DNA from: Camelus ferus
Taxonomy: Eukaryota
Assembly: GCF_009834535.1 (NCBI RefSeq)
Contig: NC_045697.1
Location: forward strand, 39,000,001-39,064,000
DNA: 64,000 nucleotides
Reading direction: 5' to 3'
The notes beneath the pieces are model-generated. The model ran no database searches and was not told where the DNA came from. It was given only the letters and a program-made list of their open reading frames with translations. Numbering within the stretch: the stretch's first letter is position 1; the number at the start of each line of letters is the position of its first letter. Positions 49,391-60,990 of this stretch are shown here, piece after piece. A program made the translations under genes and the position numbers.

Positions 49391-50468
49391 ATGTCTCTGC
49401 CAGTCATAAAATTCTGGTTTTTGAAGTGAAAAAAAAAAGTGAATGAAGGGCCACAAATGGCAAAATATCCTTTTTTTGGGTGAGTTGTATTCCATTATAT
49501 ATATATATAAAATGCTGCATCTCCATTACCTACTCAACTATTGATGTACACTTAGGATGCTTCCATATCTGGGCAATTATAAACAATATTGCTGTTAATA
49601 GCAGGGTGTATGTATCTTTTTGAGTTAATTCTTACTTTGTGGCTGGCTCTGTTCCTTTGATAACTATGTAAGTTTAAAGTGCTAAAGCTCTAAACATTCT
49701 TAGAAACAATGAACAGTACATACACGTAAATTTTAAAATATATGTGCAGTAAAACAAAAAAGATTTATCAAGCCATGAAAGTCATAGAAGAAACTTAAAA
49801 GACATATTACTAAATGAAAGAAGCCAGTCTGAAAAGGCTACAAACTGTATGATTCCAACCAAATGACATTCTGGAAAAAGCACAGCTACAGAAACAATAA
49901 AAAGGTTGTGGTTTCCGGGGATTTGGGGAGAGGGACAGAGGAATGAATAGATGGAGTACAAGGGATTTTTAGGGCAATGAAATTATTCTGTATGATACTA
50001 TAGTGGTGTCTACATGTCATTATGCAATTGTCAAAACCCATAGAATGTACATCAAGAGTGAACCCTAAGGTAAACTATGGACTTTGGTTGATAATAATGT
50101 GCCCGTGTTGGTTCATCGATTGTACCAAATATGCCACACTGAAGAGGGATGCTGAAGGTAGGGGAGATACGTGTGTGGGTGGGGAGGGCTGTGTGGGAAC
50201 TCTGTATTTTCTGCTCAATTCTGTTGTGAACCCGAAACTGCTCTCAAAGAATAAAGTCTATTAAAAATTTAAAAAAAATAAATAAACATCCCAGAGAAAC
50301 CACACATACACACACACACAAAATACTAGATGTTTGTTTTTAGAGTCTCTAAAGGTAGTGAGAAAAGGTTTCAAGTTTGAAAAGGAGAGGCAAAGGGAAT
50401 TCTAAGACTGAGAAAGTTAAAGCAAGCTCAGCTTTGCCACATTTAAGAGCCTGGGGCAAAGATGATAA

Positions 50469-50790
50469 TGTTGCCGAGTCCAGACTCAGTCCAAACTCAT
50501 TCTGCTCGCCCCAGGACAGGCCAATAAATCTGGAGATGAGGTGTTGGGGCAAGGAATAGCAAATTTATTCGGAAAGCTAGCAGACCAAGAGGACGGCAGA
50601 CTAATGTCTTGGAGAACCATCCTGCTCTAGTCAGAATACCGGCTCCTTTTACAGAAAAAAACAAGGGAGAGGGTGTGGTTGATTGTTGCAATCTTCTTGC
50701 TGCAGGCATTCTTTGTTCTTGCAGCCATCCCCGTGGGCCAGGTCATGGTGTCCCTGGAAACCTCCAACAAAACAGAGGTTATTCTCTACC
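50469..50790 (-). mobile_element. ERV LTR fragment
   Basis: TGTTGCCGAGTCCAGACTC start, reverse AATAAA near 50564. Confidence 0.65.
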
Positions 50791-53700
50791 TCAATAAGAT
50801 TAGGCTGTGACAGCAGGCCCCAGATAGGCCTTGGATACTGGGTTAAGAATTTTCAAATTTATCCTAAAACCAAAGAACTGTTCACTCAGTAACCAGTAGT
50901 GTCAGCATGGCCATGTGAAGCTCTGCTGAGCACTGGCCCTATAGCTAAGAACAAAATAATAAAACCCCTGTCCTAGTGAAGGCCCCACAATTTGTGGCAT
51001 GTGCTAGAGGGAAGAAGATAGGGAAAGGAACTGAGTACTGAAGAGCCTTTAGTTTTACCCTGAGATGAAGGCTTTTGAGCAAGGAACGACTTGACCTTCA
51101 TACATTATTTACGAAACTTCACTTAAGCTGCTACTCTTTTGATAATCCATTTCCTCACATCAGCCAAAGTGACCTGCAAACAGAATCAGACCTGGTCATT
51201 CTCCTGCTCCTTCTTTAAACCCTCTATTATTTCTCCTTGCAGAGACAAAATTCCAAACTCCAGAAACACTTAAAGAAGCCCCTAGACACTAAAGAAATTT
51301 CAGTAAAAATAATGTCAATCTGAAAAGAAAATGTGATTTTTCTTGCAACAGGTTTTTATTACAGTGATTAAAGGGGCAAAAAAATTTCCTCTCCAGATTA
51401 AACCTGGGCCCAAAGGAATCTTAAAGTTCATTTTGAAGGGATATTTACAAACATTTACAAACCAATGTTCTTAGTTGATCTATTCTGTCAAACCCTTATC
51501 TCCATTAAAGACCTCCCTCTTGTAAATGGGAAATTTGTTTTCATTATATTCCTAAGCAGGTTTGTGAAACATCCTCTTTATTTCTTCCACACTGACTTTT
51601 TCTAACCTTCTACCCTCCTAGAATCCTACTTTGAGGAGACTACCTCCAAGAAATTCAATTAGGTCTTTTTATATATAACCATATTTGGTAGGTTTTATAT
51701 CTGAGCAAATTTTGCCAGAATATTCCTAGGAGACACAACTGAGTAAAAGCAATACAATGAAGACAATTTCAGAATGAAAATATTTATTTTTGTTTTTTGG
51801 AATGCTGTAAAATTTTAAATGGAATACTGGGAAGTTATTAAAAAGAATTATTAGACAACTCTGCATATAATAACAGGTTTAAGATATTTTTAAAAAGTTT
51901 CAGGAAAGAATGAAATAATTTTAGTTTAAAAATATATGTTTATATGTATATTGTATATAAAAAAGAAAAAAATCTCACATATGCAACTATTGACAGTATT
52001 TATTCTTGAGTAATATGTGAGATTTTAGCTTTCATATTGTACATTTCTCCAAATATTTGACATTTTCTACCAGTTTGTTTAATTGCAAATAACAAAAAAT
52101 TAGAGTCTAATATTTATAAAGTATATAGTACTTTAATATTTAAATCTATATTTATAGAAACTAATAAAATAAAACTAAATTGTTGCATTATCATAAAATG
52201 ATAGCCAATGATTAGATTAAAACTTCTCTCTAGGTGTGAATGACCCATTTTATTTGGACTTCCATTTCAAGATAACCTGCACTTGCTGACAAATAATAAG
52301 CGGTTATTCTGGGGGGGAAAAAAAAGATTTTGCTGACATTTTGCAGCTTAAATTGAGAAGTCTACCTCCTTAATTATAATTTCCACTTCCTGCTTTAAAA
52401 AAAGAATGGCTTACCCAGTTCCTATTCCTTATTAAGCCAGCCCAATTTAGAGCTCACCGATAGTTGTTCTGCTCACCACCCATTCTATGAGGAGGAAAAG
52501 ACAGATGACACGTGACCGCAGGCCAAGTTAGTCTCAGGGAATATCAAATAGAAAGGTCAGCAACCGAATATTCTAAAAGGTCACTGAGAACTGAATTTCC
52601 CTCCCTCCCTCACTGTATTGCTCCCCATATGTACAACTCTGTGGGAAGCTGCTTGAATGGATTTCCTCCAAGAAGTCACTGTCTCCCTCAGTAAGCCTAT
52701 CTTGACCCAGGCTGGGTTAGGTGCTCCTTAAAAAGACTTTGTTGACTGCCCCATATTTATTCACTCATTCTAGCACTATAGAAATGCATTATAATATTTG
52801 CATCAAATTCTCCCCTCCCATTAAATCATGAGCTTCTTTTTATCCCTAAAGCCTGTCAGGAACCAGTTATTTGCCCAGAAATATTTATTTGAATGCCCAT
52901 TCTCTACCAGGCACTGTGCTAGGTGCTGCAATTACAAGGTGACTAAAACAGTAAAACTGACATGGAATTTGTAGTCTGCTAAGGGAAATCAGTTGTTAAA
53001 TAAATACACAAGTAGCTACTTATTTAAAATAGTGTTTGGAGCCACAAAATCCAAGTACTAGGTGCTAACGAGCACCTATTGGCTTAGCAGGACTTAACAG
53101 TTCAGGTGAAGGCTTCCTGGAGGATGTGACATTTAAGCAGATCCCTGAGGAATGAGAACAATTTGCCCAAGCAGAGTGTGTCTGTGTTGGGACAGGGGTC
53201 GGTGCTGAGGCCCAGAAGGATCCTCCAGGTGGTTGGAACAGCACGTGGAGGTCTTCTGCGACAGGAAATGGCCAGTGTGGTGGAGCTGGTGGGAGGAGAG
53301 GTAGCAGCCCAGGTCAGGAAGCACCTTACAGGACTTGTTAAGCAGCTCAAACATGGCTCTAAAAGAAATGTGAAGGCACTGAGGGGATTTTAGCAGAGGA
53401 ACGATGTGATCAGGTGATCTTATTTACATTTTTATAGTTGACTTTTTAAGGCTTCTGGATGAAGAATGGAATGTAACGAAGCAGGAATAGGTAAAGGGAC
53501 ATCAGCTAAGGCAAGAGGTACTAGTGGCTTAATGGGTGTAGATAGACTGAGTGATGGAATTTTAGAACCAAAGTATAGGATATAAGGCCTGGAAAGTTCC
53601 CACAGATCCCTTCCAGGTTCCAGATTTTATATCTCAGACAACAAGGAAACCAAGTCCCAGGGTGGCACCATGTATTATTCAATGCTACACAGCTTATTCA

Positions 53701-54051
53701 TAGCAGAGCTGGAACTACAAATCAAGTGTGCGTTTTTCTTGTTCTGCCTTTTTTCATGGACCACCTCATATGCCTCAGCAAGTTTGTGAACTTTAAAAAA
53801 AAGCAGTGCTTTACTAAATTATTGTTATAAGAACTTAATTACACTATTGTCTCTACTTTGTATGTTTGAAAATGTTATAATAAGCAGTTTTATAAGAAGC
53901 AGTGCTTTAAAACTGTTGGGGCATAGGTACAAATTCAAGGCCTTGAGTGTAGCAATGGAAACCATTCCAGAGCTTCCCGAGGCTCCCATACTCACATGGC
54001 ACCCTCTGGGTCCCAGCCTGGTAGACTCAGCTGAATGGTATTTGGGCTGAT

Positions 54052-54094
54052 TGCCAGAGTCAGAGATAATGCCAGAGTCAGAGATAATGCCAGA
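54052..54094. repeat. 18-bp tandem duplication
   Basis: TGCCAGAGTCAGAGATAA x2 + TGCCAGA. Confidence 0.9.
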
Positions 54095-56302
54095 TTGCCG
54101 GACACCATGGCATTTGCCTGGGGCAAGACACGTAAGGTCTCTTCGAATCTTCTGTAAAATGGGAGTCCATAAGATCAAATGACAAAAATAATGCGAGCTA
54201 ACAATGAGTTTGTGCTCTATTCAAAGGAAAACAATCCATGGATTGGGAAATACAGTGCCTCACAAGCAGAAAATCACTCTTCCTGAGGGATTTTGGGCAA
54301 AAGTGAGTTTTTTTTTTTTTTACAGAGCTTAGAATAGGCAACAAGAAAAAGGGCATGACTGGCTGAGAGGTTGGGGGTTTTCTTTACAAGCCTAGCAGGT
54401 CCTGTTTTCCAGGGTAAGGTGAGCTAGCTAAAGCTGAGTTGGAAGATTGTGATTGGTGTGTGTTAGGGTTCCTCAACAGTGAGGCATTTCCTGCACATGC
54501 AGGCTGGCTTAGGTTTAGATTTGTTACCTGGGCCGGGCTGCTGGGTGGTCTCCATTTTATGGGTCCCCATATGCCAATTATCTTTATCAATATTTCTTAT
54601 GAAGGGGTTGTTGTGAGAACAAAATGAGACTGCGTTGGTCCTACATTCCCTGGTCACTGAACGTTATTTTTTTAACTCTTCCTTGAAATTGAGTTATCAA
54701 TATTATTACAGCTGTCTGCAAAAACCACCAAGGGTGACCACATAGTTGTCTATTTATGATTTATACTACATGTTAAAAATAAACTTGAAGTTCTGGGTTT
54801 GTATTATTTAAGTCAGGGATTATTATTCATTCAATAGATTCCAAATGTAGAAAGCAGAGATAACAGTTTATATTCACTAAAACAATTATATGGAAGGTGG
54901 GTAAATGGGGAAGTAATCCTATTGACCTTCAGTTAAAGGAATTAGCTTTAGCTATTAGTTTCACTTCCAAAGTGGCTGATGTGGCAGACCTTCCTGAGGA
55001 CAGTGATCAAGGAACTCTTCAAACAGCGCCCTCTATTTTGTCTTCTTACCCAGTCTTTCTGCATCACATTGATTCCTTCGTCCCAGAAAACATTCAATTA
55101 GTCATCTCCATATTTTCTCTCCTTTTAAAAATCATTTTTTCACCCTAATCTTACATTAATGAGGGAAGATTCAAAGGAGTAAGTCTGACACATTGTAAGT
55201 ACCAAATAATTGTTGAGTGAATGAAGCAGTTCATAAGCAAATTTGAGCCATATCATTTAAATATAACATTATAAGCAGCATAATATAGAAATGCATATTA
55301 TAGAAAGTGAAAGTACTCTCCTGTAAGCCCATTCCATAAAATCATCCTGGTTAATATTTTGACCACTAGCTTTACTAATCACACTAGACTGAACCCTTTT
55401 ATATATCACTATGTCCTGTGGACAGTTATGTTGGGTCAAAAGCTTTCTCTGTGTGTGTGTTTATTTTGGCAGGGCCAACCCATTCTCCAAAAAAGTTGTA
55501 ACAATTTTCAGTCCCCCAAACATAGCGTTGTAAAATGGTCTATGATTATTTTTTTTTTACTTTAAAAATTCTTATTTTCTAAATTATAAAAGTACACATC
55601 CTTTTGAGAAGATTCAGAACAATTTGGGAGCACATAAAGTAGAAAATTAAAGTATTTCCCACCCTCCATCCAATTATTGAAATTATTTTACAACGAACGA
55701 GATGACAATATGGTCAAAATAGTAATCTTCCAAAATCAATTTTAGGTTTTTTTCTTCTTTTTTCCCCAGCATATGTAAACAATCTATGTCACTCCTAAGA
55801 AATTCTGGGCGAGACCTGCCGAGGTCTCCTGGGCATCAGGTACTTTTGCTTTTCAAGGCCTTACCTCACATCCTACCAATCATCTTCACAGGCACTCACA
55901 TATATATATGTGTATTAGATAAATTATAAAAAGAGTAGCAATTTAATATTTTTTCTCTTAAAAATACTTGACTATAGGTAACTAATTTATCAGCTATGAT
56001 TTCTTAGTAATTGTTCTGCATACTCAGGATTTCTTGGGAAGTGAGAAAATTTAGCCTATAGATTAAAAATATATATATAAAGACATTTAATGTATGAATT
56101 AAGTTGACATAATGTGCTTATAGTCTTTTCATTAGACTTTTGTCAATTTATCTTATAATTCCTTTTTCAAAGCTTGGAGCATAAATTTTGTGGGGATGGC
56201 TGATCAGGCTTAGAAATGATCATACCAGAACAGAAAGACATGCTTTATACTTCCTACACAAAACTATTTGGTCCGGGAACTCATTCAGAAAAATACTGTT
56301 GA

Positions 56303-56339
56303 GGGGGTATAGCTCAGGGGTAGAGCATTTGACTGCAGA
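56303..56339 (+). pseudogene. Tailless retrocopy of the 5' half of tRNA-Cys(GCA)
   Basis: GGGGGTATAGCTCAGGGGTAGAGCATTTGACTGCAGA equals the first 37 nt of mammalian tRNA-Cys-GCA as I recall it; it ends in the anticodon loop and is flanked by CAGAAAAATACTG(T/C)TGA repeats. Confidence 0.85.
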
Positions 56340-56352
56340 AAAATACTGCTGA

Positions 56353-56655
56353 GGCAGAGAGGGTATAGCTCAGTGACAGAGTATGTGCTTAGCATGCAAG
56401 AGGTCCTGAGTTTAATCCCCAGTACCTCCATTAAATAAGTACATTTTTTGTGAGTGTGTTTTTTGAGGAGAGGGGTAGGTAATTAGATTTATTGATTTAT
56501 TGATTTTTAATGGAGGTTCTGGGGATTGAACCAAAGATCTCGTGTGTGCTAACCACGCACTCTATCACTGATGTATACCTTCCTCCCTTAAATAAGTAAG
56601 TAAATAAATAAATCTAATTACCTCCCCCTCCAAAAAAAACCAACAACAACAAAAA
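56353..56655 (+). mobile_element. Vic-1-type SINE interrupted by an antisense SINE
   Basis: Head 56353-56441, tail resumes at 56588 after the TSD TTAAATAAGTA. Confidence 0.88.
56442..56587 (-). mobile_element. Nested antisense Vic-1-type SINE
   Basis: 11-bp TSD TTAAATAAGTA at 56431-56441 and 56588-56598. Confidence 0.88.
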
Positions 56656-56668
56656 AGAAAAATACTGT

Positions 56669-56807
56669 GGGGGGAAGGTATAGCTCAGTGGTAAAGTGTA
56701 TGCCCAGCATGCACGAGGTCCTGGGTTCAATCCCCAGTACCTCTATCAAAAGTAATAAACAGATGAATCGAATTACCTCCCACCTAAAAAAGAATTAAAA
56801 AAGAAAA
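56669..56807 (+). mobile_element. Vic-1-type SINE
   Basis: TSD AGAAAAATACTGT at 56656-56668 and 56808-56820. Confidence 0.9.
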
Positions 56808-57043
56808 AGAAAAATACTGTGGGGCTTAGTCTGGATGAGGAAATTTTTGCAAGATACTACTGCTTGTTTGGTGGCAGACAGTACCAGAGATGGAACAGGA
56901 AAGCGACTTGGCTTTTTACAGGCTCCCAATCAGCCCACTGGCTGTGCCTATTTCATAGTAAGAGAGGGCAAAGAAGCAGAGTTTTCTGTATGAAGATTTC
57001 TCTTCAGAAAAGTCAAAGCAATGAAGCAGTGTCACACCTAACA

Positions 57044-57384
57044 CCAGTGGGTCTCAACCAGAACAATTTGCTTGCTAGGTAGGGTTGCCAGAAGAGGCAA
57101 ATAAAAATACTGAATACAGCATACAAATATTGCATGCAACATACTTATCAAGAATTATTTGCTGTTTATCTGAAATTCAAATTTTACTGGGTTGCTGTAC
57201 AAGTCAACCATATCACTAGGAGACATCTGCAACGTCTGGAGTCACAGTTGGGAGGGACAGGGTGCTTCTAGTATCGAGAACGTAGAAACCAGGATGCTGC
57301 TAACATTCTGGAATGCAAGAACAGTGCCCCCACAATGAAGAACTGTCCAGCCAAAAATGTCAGTGCTAAGGTTGAGAAACTCTG
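57044..57384. mobile_element. MER20-like element with a nested MER53-like MITE (~57080-57215)
   Basis: CAGTGGGTCTCAAC…GTTGAGAAACTCTG ends; internal TAGGGTTGCCAGA…AAATAAAAATAC. Confidence 0.6.
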
Positions 57385-57851
57385 ACCTAAGCTAACTGGC
57401 ATAGTGCTGTTACTTAGTTTAAATATGATATTTAAGGCATTTGCTGGATTGACCATGTGTGTTACAGGTTATCAAATAATTATACTCATTATAATAAAAA
57501 ATTCAAATTTATTACTTGAAAAATTCAAAATTATTACTTGAAAGCAGAAGTCTCCTGTCATCTCACTTACCAAATCATGTAAATAGTCTGAAATATTATT
57601 CCAGATATTTTTTCATACCAATATATACCCTTTAAAAAATTGAAAGCTGGCTCATACTATGTGATCTGTACTGAAACCTGCTTTTTAAAAGTTGCACAAT
57701 GTGCCTTAGATATCTTATTATATACAGTACTATTTTGTTACTTTTAGAAACTAAATGTCTATGACTATATTCAAAACCAGTTCCTATTGATGGACATTTG
57801 GACTGTTTCCAGTTTTTCCCAATTGCAAATATTGCTGCAATTACCATTGAC

Positions 57852-57852
<1 letters not shown>

Positions 57853-57896
<44 letters not shown>
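57853..57896. repeat. (TCTA)11 microsatellite inside an old L1 relic
   Basis: Direct read. Confidence 0.95.
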
Positions 57897-57897
<1 letters not shown>

Positions 57898-58679
57898 GGA
57901 TATATATATATCTTTAAGGATTTTTGCAAATATTTCTGTAGAGTAAATTTGTAGAAGTGGAATTGCTGGGACAAAGGGTATGCACAATGAAGTCTTCAAG
58001 AATCTAGGCAAATTACCCTCCCAAGAGGTGATACCAATTTACACTGAAACCTACAATGTATGAGACTGTTTAGAGATTTCTTAAGAGGATTATTAATTTA
58101 TTTACTGTACAGTTTTCCTCTACTAGAACTGAAAAAAGCAATGGAACACCAGCAAAAAAACATTTTCAAAAGTTCTCGTTGTGGCCTCAGATCTAGTCCC
58201 TAATCTCCTGTGCTCTTCTGCATCTGAAGGCACCTGGCCTTTGCCAGCTTTATTTCCTAGGCTTCTGGTAAGCCAGCAGCTGGCTGGGTTGGCTAATGGG
58301 AAGTACTGGCATGACACTGGAGTGGTCAGGAAGGAATTCAGGTATTTATTTCTCCCTCTGTCCTGGGAAGCATCTTAGCAAGGACAGTAATGTCCCCTTC
58401 ACTCTGGCTCCTCCATGGCTCCACGTTCTACTAAACAGGCCATGGTGATTCCAACTTCTGTTGTGTGTCTCTTAACTCTTTGGATGCCCTTTTGGCTTCT
58501 AAATAATCCCATCACCTCTGCAAAGAATCCCTTGCCTCAGATTTCCTGTTTTAAATACTTAGAAATGGGTACATTTTCTTGATAGGATCCTGAGACACTC
58601 TTTATGTCAATGTTCTAGCATTATTTTCTAAACATATTTTCTTCCACATGCTCACATATTTTTACATTGTCATGGCCAT

Positions 58680-58878
58680 CTTCCTTCCTTCCTTCCTTTT
58701 TCTTTCTTTCTTTCTCTCTTTCTTTCTTTCTGTCTTTCTTTCTTTCTTTCTTTTCTTTCCTTCCTTCCTTCCTCCTTTTCTTTCCTTCCTCCCTTCCTTC
58801 CTCCCTTTCTTCCTTCTTTCCTTCCTTCCTCCTTTCTTTGTTTCTTTGTTTGTTTGTTTGTTTGTTTGTTTGTTTGTT

Positions 58879-58914
<36 letters not shown>

Positions 58915-58916
58915 TC
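58680..58916. repeat. Compound (CTTC)n/(CTTT)n/(GTTT)n microsatellite
   Basis: Direct read; explains the spurious low-complexity ORFs at 58648-59009. Confidence 0.95.
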
Positions 58917-58973
58917 ACCCAGGACCTTATGCATACTAAGCATGAGCTCCACCACTGAGCTATTCCCTCCCCC
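58917..58973 (-). mobile_element. Vic-1-type SINE 5' part, ending in the B-box
   Basis: ACCCAGGACC…CCACCACTGAGCTATTCCCTCCCCC. Confidence 0.8.
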
Positions 58974-59744
58974 AACAATTGTAATTGGATTGTAATGCTC
59001 TGGTTTCATTTTTCAGAAAGACTTCATCACTACTTATGTAAGACATCACTGGAGAAAGCCAAGCCCATACTTAAAAGGGTGTCTGTTCTAGATGGATGCA
59101 AAGCACTTCATCTTCAGTCCTGATATGCTCCAACCCCAGCTGGTTGGCCAATCTGCTTTACTTGACTTTCCTGCATCCCTTCTCCTGCCTCTTCATCTTT
59201 CAGCAGAGGAGCAGCCTTCCTGCCTCTTGGGATGACACATTAGGGATTAAGGTAACTGATACCTAGACATTCAACTCTTTCCTTGTAAGTTGTACCCATG
59301 GGCTGCTTGGTTTCCTGAAATACATACTCTACCTCTTCCTTGAAGCTTTACCTAGCTAGAAGCCTTTTCTCCTCCAAACTCTTAAAGCGCTTACTGTTTG
59401 TACTTTTACTAAAGTAGGGTAAATTTTATTTCCCTAATTAGATTGCAAGCTGATGAAATTTAAAACCTATTTTATACTTCTTTACTTGCCCTCCACTCTC
59501 TCACCACCTTTATGCCTTAAACAGAGAAGGTGTTTGATAAACACCTGTTGAATAAAACAGTTTTAAGGATAGGAAGTGACTTTTTAAATATAAATTGGTA
59601 GAGACTCTATCAGGAGGAAAACCAACATTCTCAGAAATAACATTTTGTGAAGTGATTTTGAACATTCCAAAATAATGCAAATAACCAAAATACTGCCACA
59701 AAGAAAATGAAATGAATTTCTATTGTTTATAATTATATTTTTCA

Positions 59745-60990
59745 GGTTTCAAGTTTATTGAAATATAATTTGTATTTAGTGTAATTTGCCATTTTAAGTG
59801 GTTCATGTCTATGAATTTTGAGAAATTTACGCAATTGTGTAGCTATCACAACAGCCAAGATATAGATCTTTCACATCACCCCCAAAATTTCCTTATGCCC
59901 TTTTATAGTCAATCCACTTCCCACAACCACCAGCCCCTGGCAACTAATGGTCTCATTTGTACCTCTTAGCTTGTCTTTCCCAGAATGCTATTTAATTGGA
60001 ATCTTAAGGTAAGTGGCCTTGTACCTGGCTTGTCTCACTTAGCATAATGCTTTTGAGATCCATCTATGTAGTTACATGTATCAGTAACTAGTTCCTTTTT
60101 AATACTTCAGGGGTCAGTCATACATACTCACTGTGGCATAAAAATTATCTTTAGCAGAAGGCATTTGAGTTCCTGAAATCTCATTTTCCTAAAAGGAGAA
60201 CTATAAAGACTTCAGTTGTCATAAATCCCCTTCCCTGGGATCCACCAGGGATGACTGACTCTTATCATGGGTGATGAAGTCTCCACACATCTAAACAGAC
60301 ATGGTCACAAAACTATCACATCTCCTGTCTGTCCTCCAGAGGCCCAATTACCTTCCCAAAAACTCATTTGTTTTCCCAAGAGTGCCCTTTCTCCTTCCCC
60401 TTCTCTTATTGAGAAATGATTTGTTTTCCCATTAGTGTCTTTTTCTCCTTCCTCTTCCCTTTGTTAAAATGATATATAAGCCCCAGATTCTAACTTCTCT
60501 TTGAATCACATTTTTCTGTGCACAATCTACATACTTCAACAAAAATATGGTGATTAAATATTATCTTTTGCTAATTTGTTTTTGTCAGTTGAATTCAAAA
60601 GATCCCAATCACTAAAGAGAGTACAGGAAAAGTCTTAACTCCCTGACACTTTATTCTATTGTGTGAGTATATTAAAATTTGTTTATCCATTTGCCACATA
60701 GACTTTTGGATTATTCCCAATTTTTGGACACTTTCCTACAGGGTCTTTACATGGCATAAATGTTTGATTCTGTTCAGCTAATTCCTGGAATGGTGTATCT
60801 AGATAATGTATTAAGTGTCTCTATAGGAAACTTCAAGGCTGTTTCCAAAATGGCTGTCTCAGTTTGCATTTCCATCAACAATATATGACGTTCCAGTTTG
60901 CTCAGCATCCTCATTAGCACTTCATATTGTCCACTGTTTTAGCCAGTCTGGAAGGCTCAGTGATAATTTGAAGACAAATATGGAAAATAT
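59745..60990 (-). mobile_element. Old L1M 3' region interrupted by a MER34-like LTR (~60108-60648)
   Basis: TTTATTGAAATATAATT…CACTTAGCATAATGCTTTTGAGATCCATC; LTR ends CTCCCTGACA. Confidence 0.6.

Noticed and set aside
55022..55040. CAGCGCCCTCTATTTTG as a CTCF site
   Set aside because: Lacks the essential GTGG/CTGG end of the core motif.
56287..56820. CRISPR-like repeat-spacer array
   Set aside because: Mammalian DNA, 13-bp repeats, unequal spacers that are SINE/tRNA copies, no cas genes; the repeats are TSDs.
58648..59009. Lys/Glu/Arg-rich and Phe/Ser/Leu-rich ORFs
   Set aside because: Translations of a microsatellite.
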